A stretch of 62,388 nucleotides of DNA from an uncultured Anaerolineaceae bacterium (GTDB lineage: Bacteria; Chloroflexota; Limnocylindria; Limnocylindrales; CSP1-4): the NCBI GenBank assembly GCA_964477545.1, contig CAYZEJ010000002.1, positions 1-62,388 on the forward strand, read 5' to 3'. How positions within the stretch are numbered: the first letter of the stretch is position 1; every line of letters begins with the position of its first letter. Below the pieces are notes generated by a model. The model worked only from the letters and a program-made list of their open reading frames with translations, was not told the origin of the DNA and searched no databases. Shown in pieces: positions 51,535-61,154 of this stretch. The position numbers and the translations under genes were made by a program.

Positions 51535-52337
51535 GAGCCGGCACCCTCGATCTCGTTGCGCAGCTTCTCGAAATCCGGCGGCCGCTTCTCGTGGAAGCTG
51601 GCCAGGCCTTCGGCGACCTCGCTCGAAGCCGCGTGGACAGTGAGCCACTCACGCGCCATGTGCACTGTCATCGCCCAGGACAGGTCCTTCCAGAAGTTCA
51701 GCTGCACGCGAGTGGCCCGGATGATTTCGGGCATCTTGCCCAGCAGCTCGTCGCAGTAGTCGGCCACGGCTGCGTCGAGCTCCGCGCGTGGGACGACGCG
51801 GTTCACCCAACCCCAGTCGAGGGCCTGCGCCGCGCTGATCGGCCGATTGAGCAGCAGCACTTCGCGGGCTCGGCGGTCGCCCACCAGCAGCGGCATCCAC
51901 TGCGTCGCGCCACCCGCCGGCAGCGAGCCCCTTGTCGGCCCGACGTGACGGAAGACGACGTCGTCTGCCGCCACGGCCAGATCGCACGCGATGTTCAGTT
52001 CGTTGCCCCCGCCGACGACCATGCCATTGAGGCGCGCAACGACCGGCTTGGCGCAGTCCTTGATTGCCTCGATCGCCTCGATGAAACGACCCATCCAGTC
52101 CCAGTAGTCGTTGGGCCGGGAGAGGAAAGCCTCCTGCTCGTCGAGATCTGCGCCCGTCGAGAACGCTCGGTCGCCGGAACCGGTCAGCACGACCACGCCC
52201 ACGTGATGGTCCGCGGAGGCCGCGCGAAACGAGTCGCGGAGCGCCTCCAACGTCTGCCGATTGAGGGCGTTGAAGACCTCCGGCCGATCGATCCGAACGG
52301 TTGCGACGCGACCCTCCACGTCGTAGTGGACGGTCAC
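51531..52337 (-). CDS. Enoyl-CoA hydratase/isomerase superfamily protein (MenB/BadI-like subgroup)
   Basis: Track ORF, GTG start in a GTGA overlap. VRIDRPEVFNAL, GSGDRAFSTGADL, LNGMVVGGGNELNIACD and a C-terminal FHEKRPPDF. Confidence 0.85.
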   Translation of the reverse strand: MTVHYDVEGRVATVRIDRPEVFNALNRQTLEALRDSFRAASADHHVGVVVLTGSGDRAFSTGADLDEQEAFLSRPNDYWDWMGRFIEAIEAIKDCAKPVVARLNGMVVGGGNELNIACDLAVAADDVVFRHVGPTRGSLPAGGATQWMPLLVGDRRAREVLLLNRPISAAQALDWGWVNRVVPRAELDAAVADYCDELLGKMPEIIRATRVQLNFWKDLSWAMTVHMAREWLTVHAASSEVAEGLASFHEKRPPDFEKLRNEIEGAGS

Positions 52338-52651
52338 TCGGCGGCCTCTTCGAGGGCAACGAGCGTCAGCAGCCCGGGCGCGATCTCGCGCAGGTTTCGC
52401 CCCGCGGCGCGCATCTCGTCGCTGGCCATGCCCGCGTCAAGCGCCGCGCGATCGTCGAACTCCATGCGCGTGGCAAGGACAATGTCGTCGCCCGAGTATT
52501 TGGTGCTGACCGGCTCCGCCACCGTTGAGCGCAACCCGGGGACCATCGAGATCAACGGCAGATGCTCCTCCCGGTAGCGGCGCATGAATTCGTCCAGCCC
52601 ATCGTCACCGCCCTCGGGGCGTTTGAACAGCGCGAGCAGCGTCACTGCCAT
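52334..52651 (-). CDS. EthD-family small protein
   Basis: Track ORF of 105 aa with FKRPEG...FMRRYREEHLPL. Strong GGAGG upstream of the ATG. Confidence 0.65.
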   Translation of the reverse strand: MAVTLLALFKRPEGGDDGLDEFMRRYREEHLPLISMVPGLRSTVAEPVSTKYSGDDIVLATRMEFDDRAALDAGMASDEMRAAGRNLREIAPGLLTLVALEEAAE

Positions 52652-52663
52652 GGATTCTCCTCC

Positions 52664-53566
52664 CTACCAGGTGCTGAAAGGATCGGTTGGATCCGCTTCC
52701 GTTGCCGCGACCGCGGCGGCGGTTGGGTCGTAGGCGTGTGCACCGTCGCCCTGAGCCACCGGGGCTGGCACAAGATCGCGCATGGCGTGTTCGGCGCGCT
52801 GGACGGCAATCTTCTCGGTCGATCGATAGAAGTTCGCGGCCGCCAAGTTGAACAGGGCCGGCTGGCTGACCATCACCTGGTGTGGGCTGTTGGGGCAGAT
52901 GAACAGGCGCGAATCCGGCAGCTGCTTGTGGATCGCGACGGCATGATCGACAGGCACGAACACGTCGCGGTCGCCATAGACGAGCTGCACGGGCAACCGG
53001 ATGCGGCGTAGATCCTCGGGCGTCAGCAAGCTGGCGGCGGCAACGTCGCCGACTATCGCGGGAAGCAGTCTCTGCCAGGCGCCCCCACCCTGGACTGGCC
53101 CATGGCGTCGCTCCAGTTGGTCGGCCCAGTCGGGCTCCTCGCGCAGGATTCGCTCCGGGTCCATAAGGCGCTTGGCCACGCTCGTGCGCGGCTCACGAAC
53201 GATGTCGATGCCGCAGATGATCGCCGTGCGGAGTCGCTCCGGATAGCGAGTCGCGAAGGTCAGCGCCGTCATCGCGCCCATGCTGAAGCCGACGACGTGG
53301 AATGTGGCCAGGCCGAGCGCGTCGACGAAGGCGAGCAGATCGGCAACCAGCGTGTCCCGGTCGAAGCCATCGCGGACGTCCCACTTGGTCCCGCCATGGC
53401 CACGCGCATCAACGAGGTACAACCGGAAAGCCTTGCGCCATAGTGGCCGTTGCGCCGACCAGTCCTCGGCCGCCGTCGACGTCGCGCCGTGAAGCATTAC
53501 TAGCGGTGGGCCTGCGCCCTCGACGGTGTAGTGGACGTCGAGCCCGTTTGCTCGGATCAGCGGCAC
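52664..53566 (-). CDS. Alpha/beta-fold hydrolase
   Basis: Track ORF 52664..53668 trimmed to GTG 53566, 12 nt after the flavin reductase stop. LVMLHGATS and the nucleophile elbow VVGFSMGA. Confidence 0.8.
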   Translation of the reverse strand: MPLIRANGLDVHYTVEGAGPPLVMLHGATSTAAEDWSAQRPLWRKAFRLYLVDARGHGGTKWDVRDGFDRDTLVADLLAFVDALGLATFHVVGFSMGAMTALTFATRYPERLRTAIICGIDIVREPRTSVAKRLMDPERILREEPDWADQLERRHGPVQGGGAWQRLLPAIVGDVAAASLLTPEDLRRIRLPVQLVYGDRDVFVPVDHAVAIHKQLPDSRLFICPNSPHQVMVSQPALFNLAAANFYRSTEKIAVQRAEHAMRDLVPAPVAQGDGAHAYDPTAAAVAATEADPTDPFSTW

Positions 53567-53577
53567 GCGGCAGTCTG

Positions 53578-54168
53578 CTAGCGGAGCGTGTCGGGCTTGC
53601 CGCGAAGGTCGGGCGTCGCGGCCTTTTCGATGCTCAAGTAGCGCCGGCGGAAGTAAAGCAGCGGCCATCCCGTTTCGTCGCGGCAGCCGGTCTCGATGAC
53701 TCGCCCCAGGTACATCGTGTGGTCGCCGGCCTCGATCCGCTGTTCGACGTCGCAGCAGAGGTATGCAATTGCCGCTTCCAGCACAGGCAGACCGGCCGCG
53801 CCCAGCTCGTAGTCGGCATTGCAGAACGCTGATCGGGGTTGGGCGGACGGGGCACCGGCGAAGCAGTCGGACAGATCCTGCGAGTCCTCACCCAGGATGT
53901 TCACCGCGAAACGCTTCGTGCGTTCGATGATCGGGTGGATTGACCGCTCCTTCCCGATCGCAACCATGATCAGTGGCGGATCGAGCGAGATGCCGGTGAA
54001 CGAGTTCACGGTGGTACCCCACGGCTGGAGGCCATTCGGGGTTTCCTCGATAGTTGTCACGACGGTGACGCCGGTCGCGTAACGCGTGAGGACCTCGCGA
54101 TATGCCTGCTTGTCGATGCCCTCGGCATCCGCGCTATGCGGGCGCCCGATCGTCGTCGATTCGGCCAT
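53578..54168 (-). CDS. Flavin reductase (NAD(P)H:flavin oxidoreductase, HpaC-like)
   Basis: Track ORF with GVTVVTT and NSFTGISLDPPLIMVAIGK. Confidence 0.85.
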   Translation of the reverse strand: MAESTTIGRPHSADAEGIDKQAYREVLTRYATGVTVVTTIEETPNGLQPWGTTVNSFTGISLDPPLIMVAIGKERSIHPIIERTKRFAVNILGEDSQDLSDCFAGAPSAQPRSAFCNADYELGAAGLPVLEAAIAYLCCDVEQRIEAGDHTMYLGRVIETGCRDETGWPLLYFRRRYLSIEKAATPDLRGKPDTLR

Positions 54169-54180
54169 AGGCCTGCGAGT

Positions 54181-55137
54181 CTAGCCCCGATCTACGAGCG
54201 GCTTGACCTCGCCGATGAAGCTCTCCAGCGTCTCGTCGTCGTACGGCGCCGGGATCTCGGGAATGACGACGTTGATGCCGATCTCGCGGTACTCGAGGAC
54301 GCGGTCTGCGATCTGCCGTGGCGTACCGACCCAGAAGGTCTCATCGTCCTCGACGTCGGCCATCGGCGTATGGTTCTGAGCCATCGTCTGGCGCAGCAAT
54401 TCCTGTGCCTCGGCCTCGCTGGCGCGGATGAAGAGCTTGCACGAAACGGTGCGCTCGATCTCAGCGGGATTGCGGCCCACGTCGGCGCAATGCTGATCGA
54501 GCACATCCATCTTGTGCCGCAGCTTCTCTGGCGAACCGGATGTGTTCCACATGTCGGCATATTTGGCCACTGTGCGCAGGGTCTTGCGCTCGCCCGCTCC
54601 GCCGATCATCAGCGGCAGCCGCTTCTGTACGGGCAGCGGCTCTTGCCGTAAATCCGTGAATGCGTAGTGAGCGTCTGGCTTGGATGTCGCAGAGCCACCG
54701 TCGAGCACGGTCCGGATCGCCGCGGCCGACTCGTCCAGCCAGGCGAGGCGCTCTCCGGGGGTGTGACCGAAGTCCAGGCCGTGGGCTGTGTGCTCGTATT
54801 GGAACCATGCCGCGCCCAGGCCGAGGATGGCCCGTCCGCCACTCACGTGATCGAGCGTAGTGGCCATCTTTGCCACCAGCCCTGGGTTGCGGAAAGTGTT
54901 TGCGCCGACCATCAGGCCGAGCCGCACGCGGGAGGTCGATTTGGCCCAGGCCGCCAGGGAGATCCAGCCGTCGAAGACCGACTGCTGGGGCTCGCCGAAG
55001 ATCGCATGCAGGTGGTCCCAGGTCCAGACGTGGTCGTATCCCAACTCGTCCACTCGGCGGGCGGCCCGTTCGAAAGTCGGCCAATCGGGCGTCATGTTCC
55101 ACAGCAGAATCCCGGCTCTCATGTCGCTCATGAGCAA
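54181..55137 (-). CDS. Luciferase-like monooxygenase (LLM) class flavin/F420-dependent oxidoreductase
   Basis: Track ORF with LGYDHVWTWDHL and an LLM TIM-barrel pattern. Start may be TTG 55137, ATG 55131 or ATG 55122. Confidence 0.85.
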   Translation of the reverse strand: MLMSDMRAGILLWNMTPDWPTFERAARRVDELGYDHVWTWDHLHAIFGEPQQSVFDGWISLAAWAKSTSRVRLGLMVGANTFRNPGLVAKMATTLDHVSGGRAILGLGAAWFQYEHTAHGLDFGHTPGERLAWLDESAAAIRTVLDGGSATSKPDAHYAFTDLRQEPLPVQKRLPLMIGGAGERKTLRTVAKYADMWNTSGSPEKLRHKMDVLDQHCADVGRNPAEIERTVSCKLFIRASEAEAQELLRQTMAQNHTPMADVEDDETFWVGTPRQIADRVLEYREIGINVVIPEIPAPYDDETLESFIGEVKPLVDRG

Positions 55138-55171
55138 ATGGTAAGAGTGGCCGCGAAAGCTGACGTTGGCC

Positions 55172-56182
55172 TCAGCTGGGTCCGAACAGCTTTTCGTCGA
55201 CTAACACGGCGTATCGATCAGTCATGCCAGCCACGTAGTCGACCACCTGCGTGGTCAGGTCGGCTTCGCTGTCGCGGTAGGAAGTGGGCAGCTCGGACGG
55301 ATTCTCGAGGTGGTGGTCGACCAGGCGCCGGATGAGCGCGATCGCCGGCTCGGTGTGGACGCGCTGGCCGGGTGACAGGTAGACCCTGTCGAACATGAAC
55401 TGGCGCAACTCGTTCATGACGGCGAGAGTCGGGGCGTCCATCCGCACCTCGCCGCTGCGCAGGCTCTCATCGATGACCGCGTTGATCATCTCGTCGATCC
55501 ACACTCGTCCGGGTGGACCAAAACGCTCAAGGGCCGCCGCCGGGATCTCCTCCGGCGAGAGGACGTTGGCGCGGATCGCGTCCAGGGCGTCGTGTGTGAG
55601 GTAGGCGATGCGATCGCCGTACCGGACGGTCATCGCCTCGGCGGTGTCCGGCGGCGGGCTGATCTTCCACGAGTGAGCGCGGATACCGTCGCGCACCTCC
55701 CACGTCAGGTTGAGGTCCTCGAGCACGTCGAAGATGCGCACGCTCTGGGCGGCGTGGTGCCAGCCTGTTTCCGGGAAATACGGCGACAGGGCCTCCTCGC
55801 CTGTGTGGCCGAAGGGTGAGTGGCCCACGTCGTGCCCAAGCGAGATGGCCTCGGCGAGCGTCTCGTTCAGGCTCAGCGCCCCGGCGATAGCGCGTGAGAT
55901 CTGTGTGACCTGGAGAGTGTGCGAGAGGCGCGTGATGAAGTGGTCGCCGTCGGGGTTGATGAAGACCTGCGTCTTGTGCTTCAGGCGGCGGAAAGCCTTG
56001 GAATGCAGGATCCGGTCGCGATCGCGCTCGAACGCCGTGCGGTACTCGTCCGGCACCTCTGGCCGCGCCCTGCCGCGAGTGGCAGCTGCTGGCGTCGCCG
56101 ACGGCGCAAGCAGTGCTTCCTCGGCCTCACGGGCGAGCCGGTCCCGTCGCACGAGCGCAGTTGTTGAAGCCGTCGATTTCAT
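55172..56182 (-). CDS. dgt: dGTP triphosphohydrolase-like HD-domain protein
   Basis: Track ORF trimmed to Met25. FERDRDRILHSKAFRRLKHKTQVF, TRLSHTLQV and GHDVGHSPFGH. Confidence 0.85.
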   Translation of the reverse strand: MKSTASTTALVRRDRLAREAEEALLAPSATPAAATRGRARPEVPDEYRTAFERDRDRILHSKAFRRLKHKTQVFINPDGDHFITRLSHTLQVTQISRAIAGALSLNETLAEAISLGHDVGHSPFGHTGEEALSPYFPETGWHHAAQSVRIFDVLEDLNLTWEVRDGIRAHSWKISPPPDTAEAMTVRYGDRIAYLTHDALDAIRANVLSPEEIPAAALERFGPPGRVWIDEMINAVIDESLRSGEVRMDAPTLAVMNELRQFMFDRVYLSPGQRVHTEPAIALIRRLVDHHLENPSELPTSYRDSEADLTTQVVDYVAGMTDRYAVLVDEKLFGPS

Positions 56183-56208
56183 CGCCACGACATTCTCACG
56201 TTCGCGGC

Positions 56209-56616
56209 TTACCTGCGACTTTGATCGGGCTCCACGAGTCTGAAGTGCTCGCACACGATGAGCGTTTCGTCGGTAATCGCGTGATCTGACCAGAAGCGCT
56301 CGTGCGCAGCGCGCCAGTCGGCGACGGTCTCGAAGCCTTCGCCTTCGTCGCGCGCGAACTGAAGATCGACTTCACCGGCCGGTACGACGCGAACCGCCAT
56401 CGTCTCGACCACGCCGATGTGCTCGTCGTCGTAGCCCAGCAACGACCACCGGTCTCCGGGCTCCGGCAGAGGATCCTCGGTATGCGGAGCAAACTCGCTC
56501 GCCAGCCCGGCAGTAGCGATCTTGTCGCCGCGTAAGACTGCGTCCACGAGCCTCCGCCGGAGATCGGTGCGCGGGTAGCCAAGGCCGAACGGCGGTAGGT
56601 CGGCCGAGTCTTTCAC
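56209..56616 (-). CDS. ASCH domain protein
   Basis: Part of track ORF 56209..56841, starting at GTG 56616, which shares one nt with the upstream TAG. FGLGYP...LVDAVLRGDKIATAG is ASCH-like. Confidence 0.7.
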   Translation of the reverse strand: MKDSADLPPFGLGYPRTDLRRRLVDAVLRGDKIATAGLASEFAPHTEDPLPEPGDRWSLLGYDDEHIGVVETMAVRVVPAGEVDLQFARDEGEGFETVADWRAAHERFWSDHAITDETLIVCEHFRLVEPDQSRR

Positions 56617-57260
56617 TAGCGTGGGCTGCGCCTGGCGACGATGTATGCGCGACGGCTCTGGTATTCGACCTCCGGCGCGTACGGGGCGCGCTCCTCGGCG
56701 GACACGACGACGAAGCCGGCGTCGGCGACAAGCGCCGTGACGTGCTCTGTCGGCAGGAAGCGCGCATCGAGCACGACCGGCATGTCCCACCACTGCTCGC
56801 GATGAACCACCTCGTCGCCGATGTGGAACGCCAGGGCACACTGGCCGCCATCGGCCACCACGCGGGCCATCTCGGCGAAAGCGGTCCCCAACTGATCGTC
56901 GTCGAAATGGATGATCGAGTAGAACGACACCACGCCGGCAAGCTCGCCGTCACCGAAAGGCAGCGCCAGCATGTCGCCCGCGATCACCTCCAAGTCAGGG
57001 AACAGACGACGTGCCTCAGCGACCATGCCCGGTGACAAATCGAGACCGGAGATGTCTACGCCACCCATGGCCAGATAGGCGGCCACGTGGGCTGGACCGC
57101 AGCCAAGCTCCACGACACGCCCGCGGCCTCTTACGGCGTCGGTAAAACGATCGAGGAAGTCTCGGTCAAACGGCTTGTCCTCGAGCTCTCCCGCGATCTC
57201 CTCGGCGTAGCGCCGAGCGACGGTGTCGTAGGTAGCGCGAGTGTCAGTGGGTCGGAACAG
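56616..57260 (-). CDS. Class I SAM-dependent methyltransferase
   Basis: Motif I VVELGCGPA plus DLSPGMV. Track ORF starts at GTG 57113 inside motif I. In-frame N-terminal homology (YDTVARRYAEE) extends to the upstream TAA, and CTG 57260 is the only start-like codon there. Confidence 0.7.
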   Translation of the reverse strand: MFRPTDTRATYDTVARRYAEEIAGELEDKPFDRDFLDRFTDAVRGRGRVVELGCGPAHVAAYLAMGGVDISGLDLSPGMVAEARRLFPDLEVIAGDMLALPFGDGELAGVVSFYSIIHFDDDQLGTAFAEMARVVADGGQCALAFHIGDEVVHREQWWDMPVVLDARFLPTEHVTALVADAGFVVVSAEERAPYAPEVEYQSRRAYIVARRSPR

Positions 57261-57266
57261 GGCCGG

Positions 57267-58793
57267 TTAACCCCCGCCGCCCACCGGGCCCGTTGGGCGC
57301 TTGTAACCCTCGGGCATGCGCGGCTCGAAGCGGAATCCACCGGCGACTCCTGGCTCGGTCAGCTCGTGCGGGTCGAGGATCTGCTCGATCTCCTCGGCCG
57401 TGAAGATGCCCTTCTCGACGACCAGGGCGCGGATCGTCTTGCCGGTCGCGACCGCTTCCTTGGCGATGTCCGCGGCGAGTGCATAGCCGATGTACGGCGC
57501 GAGCGGCGTCGCCATCGCGCTCGACTGCTCGAGCAACCATGCAGATCGCTCGACGTCAGCCTCGATGCCTGAGACGCACTGGCGCGCGAATTGGCGAGCT
57601 CCGTTGGTCAGGATGGCAATCGAATCGAGCACCTCGTGCGCCATCAGCGGCATCATTACGTTCAGCTCGAGCTGGCCACGTGACGCGGCCCAGGCGACGG
57701 CGGTGTCCGCGCCGATCACGTGGTACGAGATCATGGCCATGTTCTCGACCATCACCGGGTTGACCTTGCCGGGCATGATCGACGACCCCGGCTGGAGTGC
57801 TGGTAGTCGGATCTCGGCGAATCCAGTGCGCGGACCAGACGACATCAGCAGCAGGTCTTCGAGGAGCTTGGTCAGGTCGACCGCCAGCCCGCGCAGGGCG
57901 GCTGAGACGGCGAGCATCGGCGCCATCGACTGCGTGGCATGGACCAGGTGCTCGGCCGGGCGCAGCTTGTGGCCGGTCTGTTCGGAAAGAAGCTCCACCA
58001 CGAGTCGGATGTACTCCGGCTCCGCATTGAGGCCCGTGCCGACGGCTGTCGCGCCGATGTTCTGCTCCAGCAACCCGTCCGTTGCCGCGGTGATGGCGGA
58101 ACGCGCGCGGCGAATGGTCAACGCGTAGGCGGCGAATTCCTGGCCCAGCCGGATGGGCACCGCGTCCTGCATGTGCGTCCGGCCTGACTTGAGGACGCCA
58201 TCGAAGGCCACGCCGCGCTCCGCGAACGCTTCGGCCAGTTCATCGAGGACGGGCAGAAGCTCGTTGACCCGGTCCAGCGTGGCCAGGCGCATGGCCGTGG
58301 GGAACGTGTCGTTGGTGGACTGGGCCATGTTCACGTGGTCGTTCGGGTTGACGACCGCATAGTCGCCGCGGTGCCCGCTGCCGATCCCCTGCCCTCCGAG
58401 GATCTCGATCGCTCGGTTCGCGAGGACCTCGTTCGTGTTCATGTTGTGGCTGACCCCGGCGCCAGCCTGGAAGGGGTCGACGCGGAAGTTGTCCACCAGC
58501 GTGGTCTGTCGGGCGCTTCCCTCCTCAGACCCTGCGGCGGCGTCCAATCCCAGGATCTCGTCCGCGGCCTGGGTGATGGCGTCCGCGATGTGCGGCTCCA
58601 GGCGACCTGTCTGTCGATTGGCACGCGCGGCCGCCTTCTTGACCTGCACCGCTGCACGCACGAGGGCTACGTCCGGCCGGCGGCCGCTGATCGGGAAGTT
58701 GTTGATAGCGCGCTGCGTCTGGACGCCGAAATAGGCGTCGCCCGGGACCTCGAGCGGCCCGAGCGGATCCTTCTCTGTGCGCGTATCGGTCAT
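57267..58793 (-). CDS. aspA: Aspartate ammonia-lyase (class II fumarase/aspartase family)
   Basis: Track ORF trimmed to Met25. TEKDPLGPLEVPGDAYFGVQTQRA and the signature GSSIMPGKVNPVMVE, where the PV rather than PT variant favours aspartase. Confidence 0.8.
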   Translation of the reverse strand: MTDTRTEKDPLGPLEVPGDAYFGVQTQRAINNFPISGRRPDVALVRAAVQVKKAAARANRQTGRLEPHIADAITQAADEILGLDAAAGSEEGSARQTTLVDNFRVDPFQAGAGVSHNMNTNEVLANRAIEILGGQGIGSGHRGDYAVVNPNDHVNMAQSTNDTFPTAMRLATLDRVNELLPVLDELAEAFAERGVAFDGVLKSGRTHMQDAVPIRLGQEFAAYALTIRRARSAITAATDGLLEQNIGATAVGTGLNAEPEYIRLVVELLSEQTGHKLRPAEHLVHATQSMAPMLAVSAALRGLAVDLTKLLEDLLLMSSGPRTGFAEIRLPALQPGSSIMPGKVNPVMVENMAMISYHVIGADTAVAWAASRGQLELNVMMPLMAHEVLDSIAILTNGARQFARQCVSGIEADVERSAWLLEQSSAMATPLAPYIGYALAADIAKEAVATGKTIRALVVEKGIFTAEEIEQILDPHELTEPGVAGGFRFEPRMPEGYKRPTGPVGGGG

Positions 58794-58848
58794 CGATTCC
58801 AAGTGTAGGCAGTGGGCGGCGGCGCGCTCGCCTCTACAATCGGCCGCG

Positions 58849-59610
58849 ATGCACGAGGCGCCCACGCCAACCCAGCTACCCGCGCTGCGCGCGCCGGATC
58901 AGCCGACGCTGACCACGAACGAACCGGAGATCAAGGATCTCTTCCGCTTCATGACCGAGGCGGAGCTGCGCGTGGAGACGCTGCGGATGCGCATCGTCGA
59001 CCGGCGGACGACGACCCACGGGGAAGAAACGGAGACGCACGAGGTCTGGCTGCGCCACCCGGGCAGCGCCAAGGTCATCAGCACGCGCGGCCTGCCGCTC
59101 GACCGCGATTTCGACGTCTGGGTATCCGACGGGGAGACCGTCCAGACGTACGACGCGAGGTCGAACCTGGCCACCAAACGCCGCGTCCCAGCCCGACCGG
59201 TGGGCGCGTCCGATCCCGACCTGCCGCCGTTTGCGCAGATCTACCTGCCGGTGACCACGCTCCCGGCGGAGACGCTCGCCGAGATGTTTGTCCATCCAAA
59301 CGGGTTCTGCCGCAACGTCCTGTCCACCGGCGTCGTCACCCGACGCGGCACGCAGGAACTTGCCGGCGGGCGCGAGGCGCTGCTGCTGCGCTGCGATCAC
59401 CCACGCACCAGCCACGTCCTGACAGACCGACCCGACCACTGGCTCGAGATTGGCGTCGACCTGCAAACAGGCATGGTCCTGCTACTGGCCGAGCACGTCG
59501 GCGAGCAGCTCACCCGCCACGCCGAGGTGGTGACCATGGCGATCGACGAGCCCATCGTCGACGACGTTTTCCGGGTCCACGTCTCGAGCGACGCCCGCAT
59601 CCTGTATTAA
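58849..59610 (+). CDS. Hypothetical protein (no signal peptide; beta-rich)
   Basis: Track ORF 58777..59610 trimmed to Met25. Divergent from aspA and 18 nt upstream of the aldehyde dehydrogenase gene. I recognise no motif. Confidence 0.5.
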   Translation: MHEAPTPTQLPALRAPDQPTLTTNEPEIKDLFRFMTEAELRVETLRMRIVDRRTTTHGEETETHEVWLRHPGSAKVISTRGLPLDRDFDVWVSDGETVQTYDARSNLATKRRVPARPVGASDPDLPPFAQIYLPVTTLPAETLAEMFVHPNGFCRNVLSTGVVTRRGTQELAGGREALLLRCDHPRTSHVLTDRPDHWLEIGVDLQTGMVLLLAEHVGEQLTRHAEVVTMAIDEPIVDDVFRVHVSSDARILY

Positions 59611-59628
59611 CGCGGGGAGGAAAGCGAC

Positions 59629-61128
59629 ATGACCATCGAACAGCAGGCGGCGCCAGACGAGGCGACGCGCGAGACCACCGCCAAGCCACGCGACGTCAAG
59701 ATGCTCATCGGCGGCGAGCAGGTCGACGCGCTCGACGGTCAGACCTTTGAGGTCCACAACCCCGCCACCGGGCAGGTCATCGCCAACGTGCCCCTGGCCG
59801 GCAAGGCTGATGTCGATCGCGCAGTCAAGGCAGCGCGAGAGGCGTTCGAAGGTCCGTACTCCAAGTGGTCGGCGGCAAAGCGCGGACGCACGCTCCAGAA
59901 GTTCGCCGACCTGGCCAAGAAGAACGTGGAAGAACTCGCGCAGATCGATCGCGAGAACGTTGGCAAGCCGATCACGAGCTCGCGCGGCGAGGCATTCGCG
60001 GTGAGCCTCGTGCTCGAGTACTACGCCGGCGCGGCGAACAAGCACTTCGGCGAGACCATCCCGACGAGCACGCCCGGCCTCGACCTCACCCTGCGCGAGC
60101 CGATCGGCGTCGTGGGCATGATCGTGCCCTGGAACTTCCCGCTGAACATGGCCACCTGGAAGCTCGGACCGGCGCTCGCTACCGGCAACACGTGCATCCT
60201 GAAGCCGGCGTCGTACACGCCACTGTCCGCCATCCGGCTGGGCGAGCTGGCGCTCGAGGCGGGCTTCCCGCCCGGTGTCGTCAATGTGGTCACAGGACCC
60301 GGCGGAACGGTCGGGTCCGCGATCGCGGCACATCCGGAGGTCGGCAAGATCGCGTTCACGGGCGAGACGACCACTGGCCAGGAGATAATGCGGTTGGCCG
60401 CGGGGAACATAAAGAGGATCTCGCTCGAGCTCGGCGGCAAGAGCCCGAACATCGTGTTCGCCGACGCCGACATCGAGCGCTTCGCGGCCGAGTCGCCGAT
60501 GGCGGTTTTTGACAACGCGGGCCAGGACTGCTGCGCGCGGAGCCGCATACTGGTCGAGCGTTCGGTGCACGATCGGGTGGTCGAGCTCTTCACCAAAGCC
60601 ACCAGCGCACTCGTCGTGGGTGATCCGGCCGATGAGAGGACACAGGTCGGCAGCCTGGTTTCACAGCGCCAGCGTGAACGCGTCCAGGAGTACATCGAGG
60701 CCGGTGAATCGGAGGGTGCTGAGCTCGTCTACGGGGGCCGCGCGCCAGACGATCCATCCCTGGCCGACGGCGCCTTCCTCATGCCCACGATCTTCGATGC
60801 CTGCAACGCGGACATGCGCGTGATGCGCGAAGAGGTCTTTGGGCCGGTCGTCGGCATCATCCCGTTCGACAGCGACGAGGAAGCGGTTCGACTGGCCAAC
60901 TCGACGCCATACGGGCTTGCCGGCTCCGTCTGGTCGCGCGACATCAGCCGCGCGCTGAAGGTCGCCAAGGCGGTTCGCTCCGGAACGATCTCGATCAACA
61001 CGAACCAGGAAATCCACACCGAGGCTCCCTTCGGCGGCTACAAGATGTCTGGCATCGGACGCGAGCTGGGCATGCATGCACTTGATCTCTACACCGAGGT
61101 CAAGAACGTTTTCATCGACCTGAGCTGA
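59629..61128 (+). CDS. NAD(P)-dependent aldehyde dehydrogenase
   Basis: Track ORF with GGGGAGGA upstream. VPWNFPL, FTGETTTG, ELGGKSPNIVF (catalytic Glu) and GQDCCARSR (catalytic Cys). Confidence 0.9.
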   Translation: MTIEQQAAPDEATRETTAKPRDVKMLIGGEQVDALDGQTFEVHNPATGQVIANVPLAGKADVDRAVKAAREAFEGPYSKWSAAKRGRTLQKFADLAKKNVEELAQIDRENVGKPITSSRGEAFAVSLVLEYYAGAANKHFGETIPTSTPGLDLTLREPIGVVGMIVPWNFPLNMATWKLGPALATGNTCILKPASYTPLSAIRLGELALEAGFPPGVVNVVTGPGGTVGSAIAAHPEVGKIAFTGETTTGQEIMRLAAGNIKRISLELGGKSPNIVFADADIERFAAESPMAVFDNAGQDCCARSRILVERSVHDRVVELFTKATSALVVGDPADERTQVGSLVSQRQRERVQEYIEAGESEGAELVYGGRAPDDPSLADGAFLMPTIFDACNADMRVMREEVFGPVVGIIPFDSDEEAVRLANSTPYGLAGSVWSRDISRALKVAKAVRSGTISINTNQEIHTEAPFGGYKMSGIGRELGMHALDLYTEVKNVFIDLS

Positions 61129-61154
61129 GTCCTCAACTCGGCGCGCCGGAGGTC

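Noticed and set aside
55172-56182. dGTPase-like gene as an anti-phage dNTP-depletion defence gene.
   Set aside because: No other defence, mobile or phage genes are adjacent. The sequence has the ordinary housekeeping Dgt-like motifs and the operon context is metabolic. I cannot support a defence call from sequence alone.
59482-60570. Long antisense ORFs such as 59482..60570 (-), 20801..21943 (+), 45323..46162 (+), 51591..52577 (+), 61614..62333 (-) and 23678..24388 (-).
   Set aside because: Each lies opposite a gene with strong family motifs and has the Arg/Gly/Pro/Ala-rich composition of high-GC shadow frames. None has recognisable domains.
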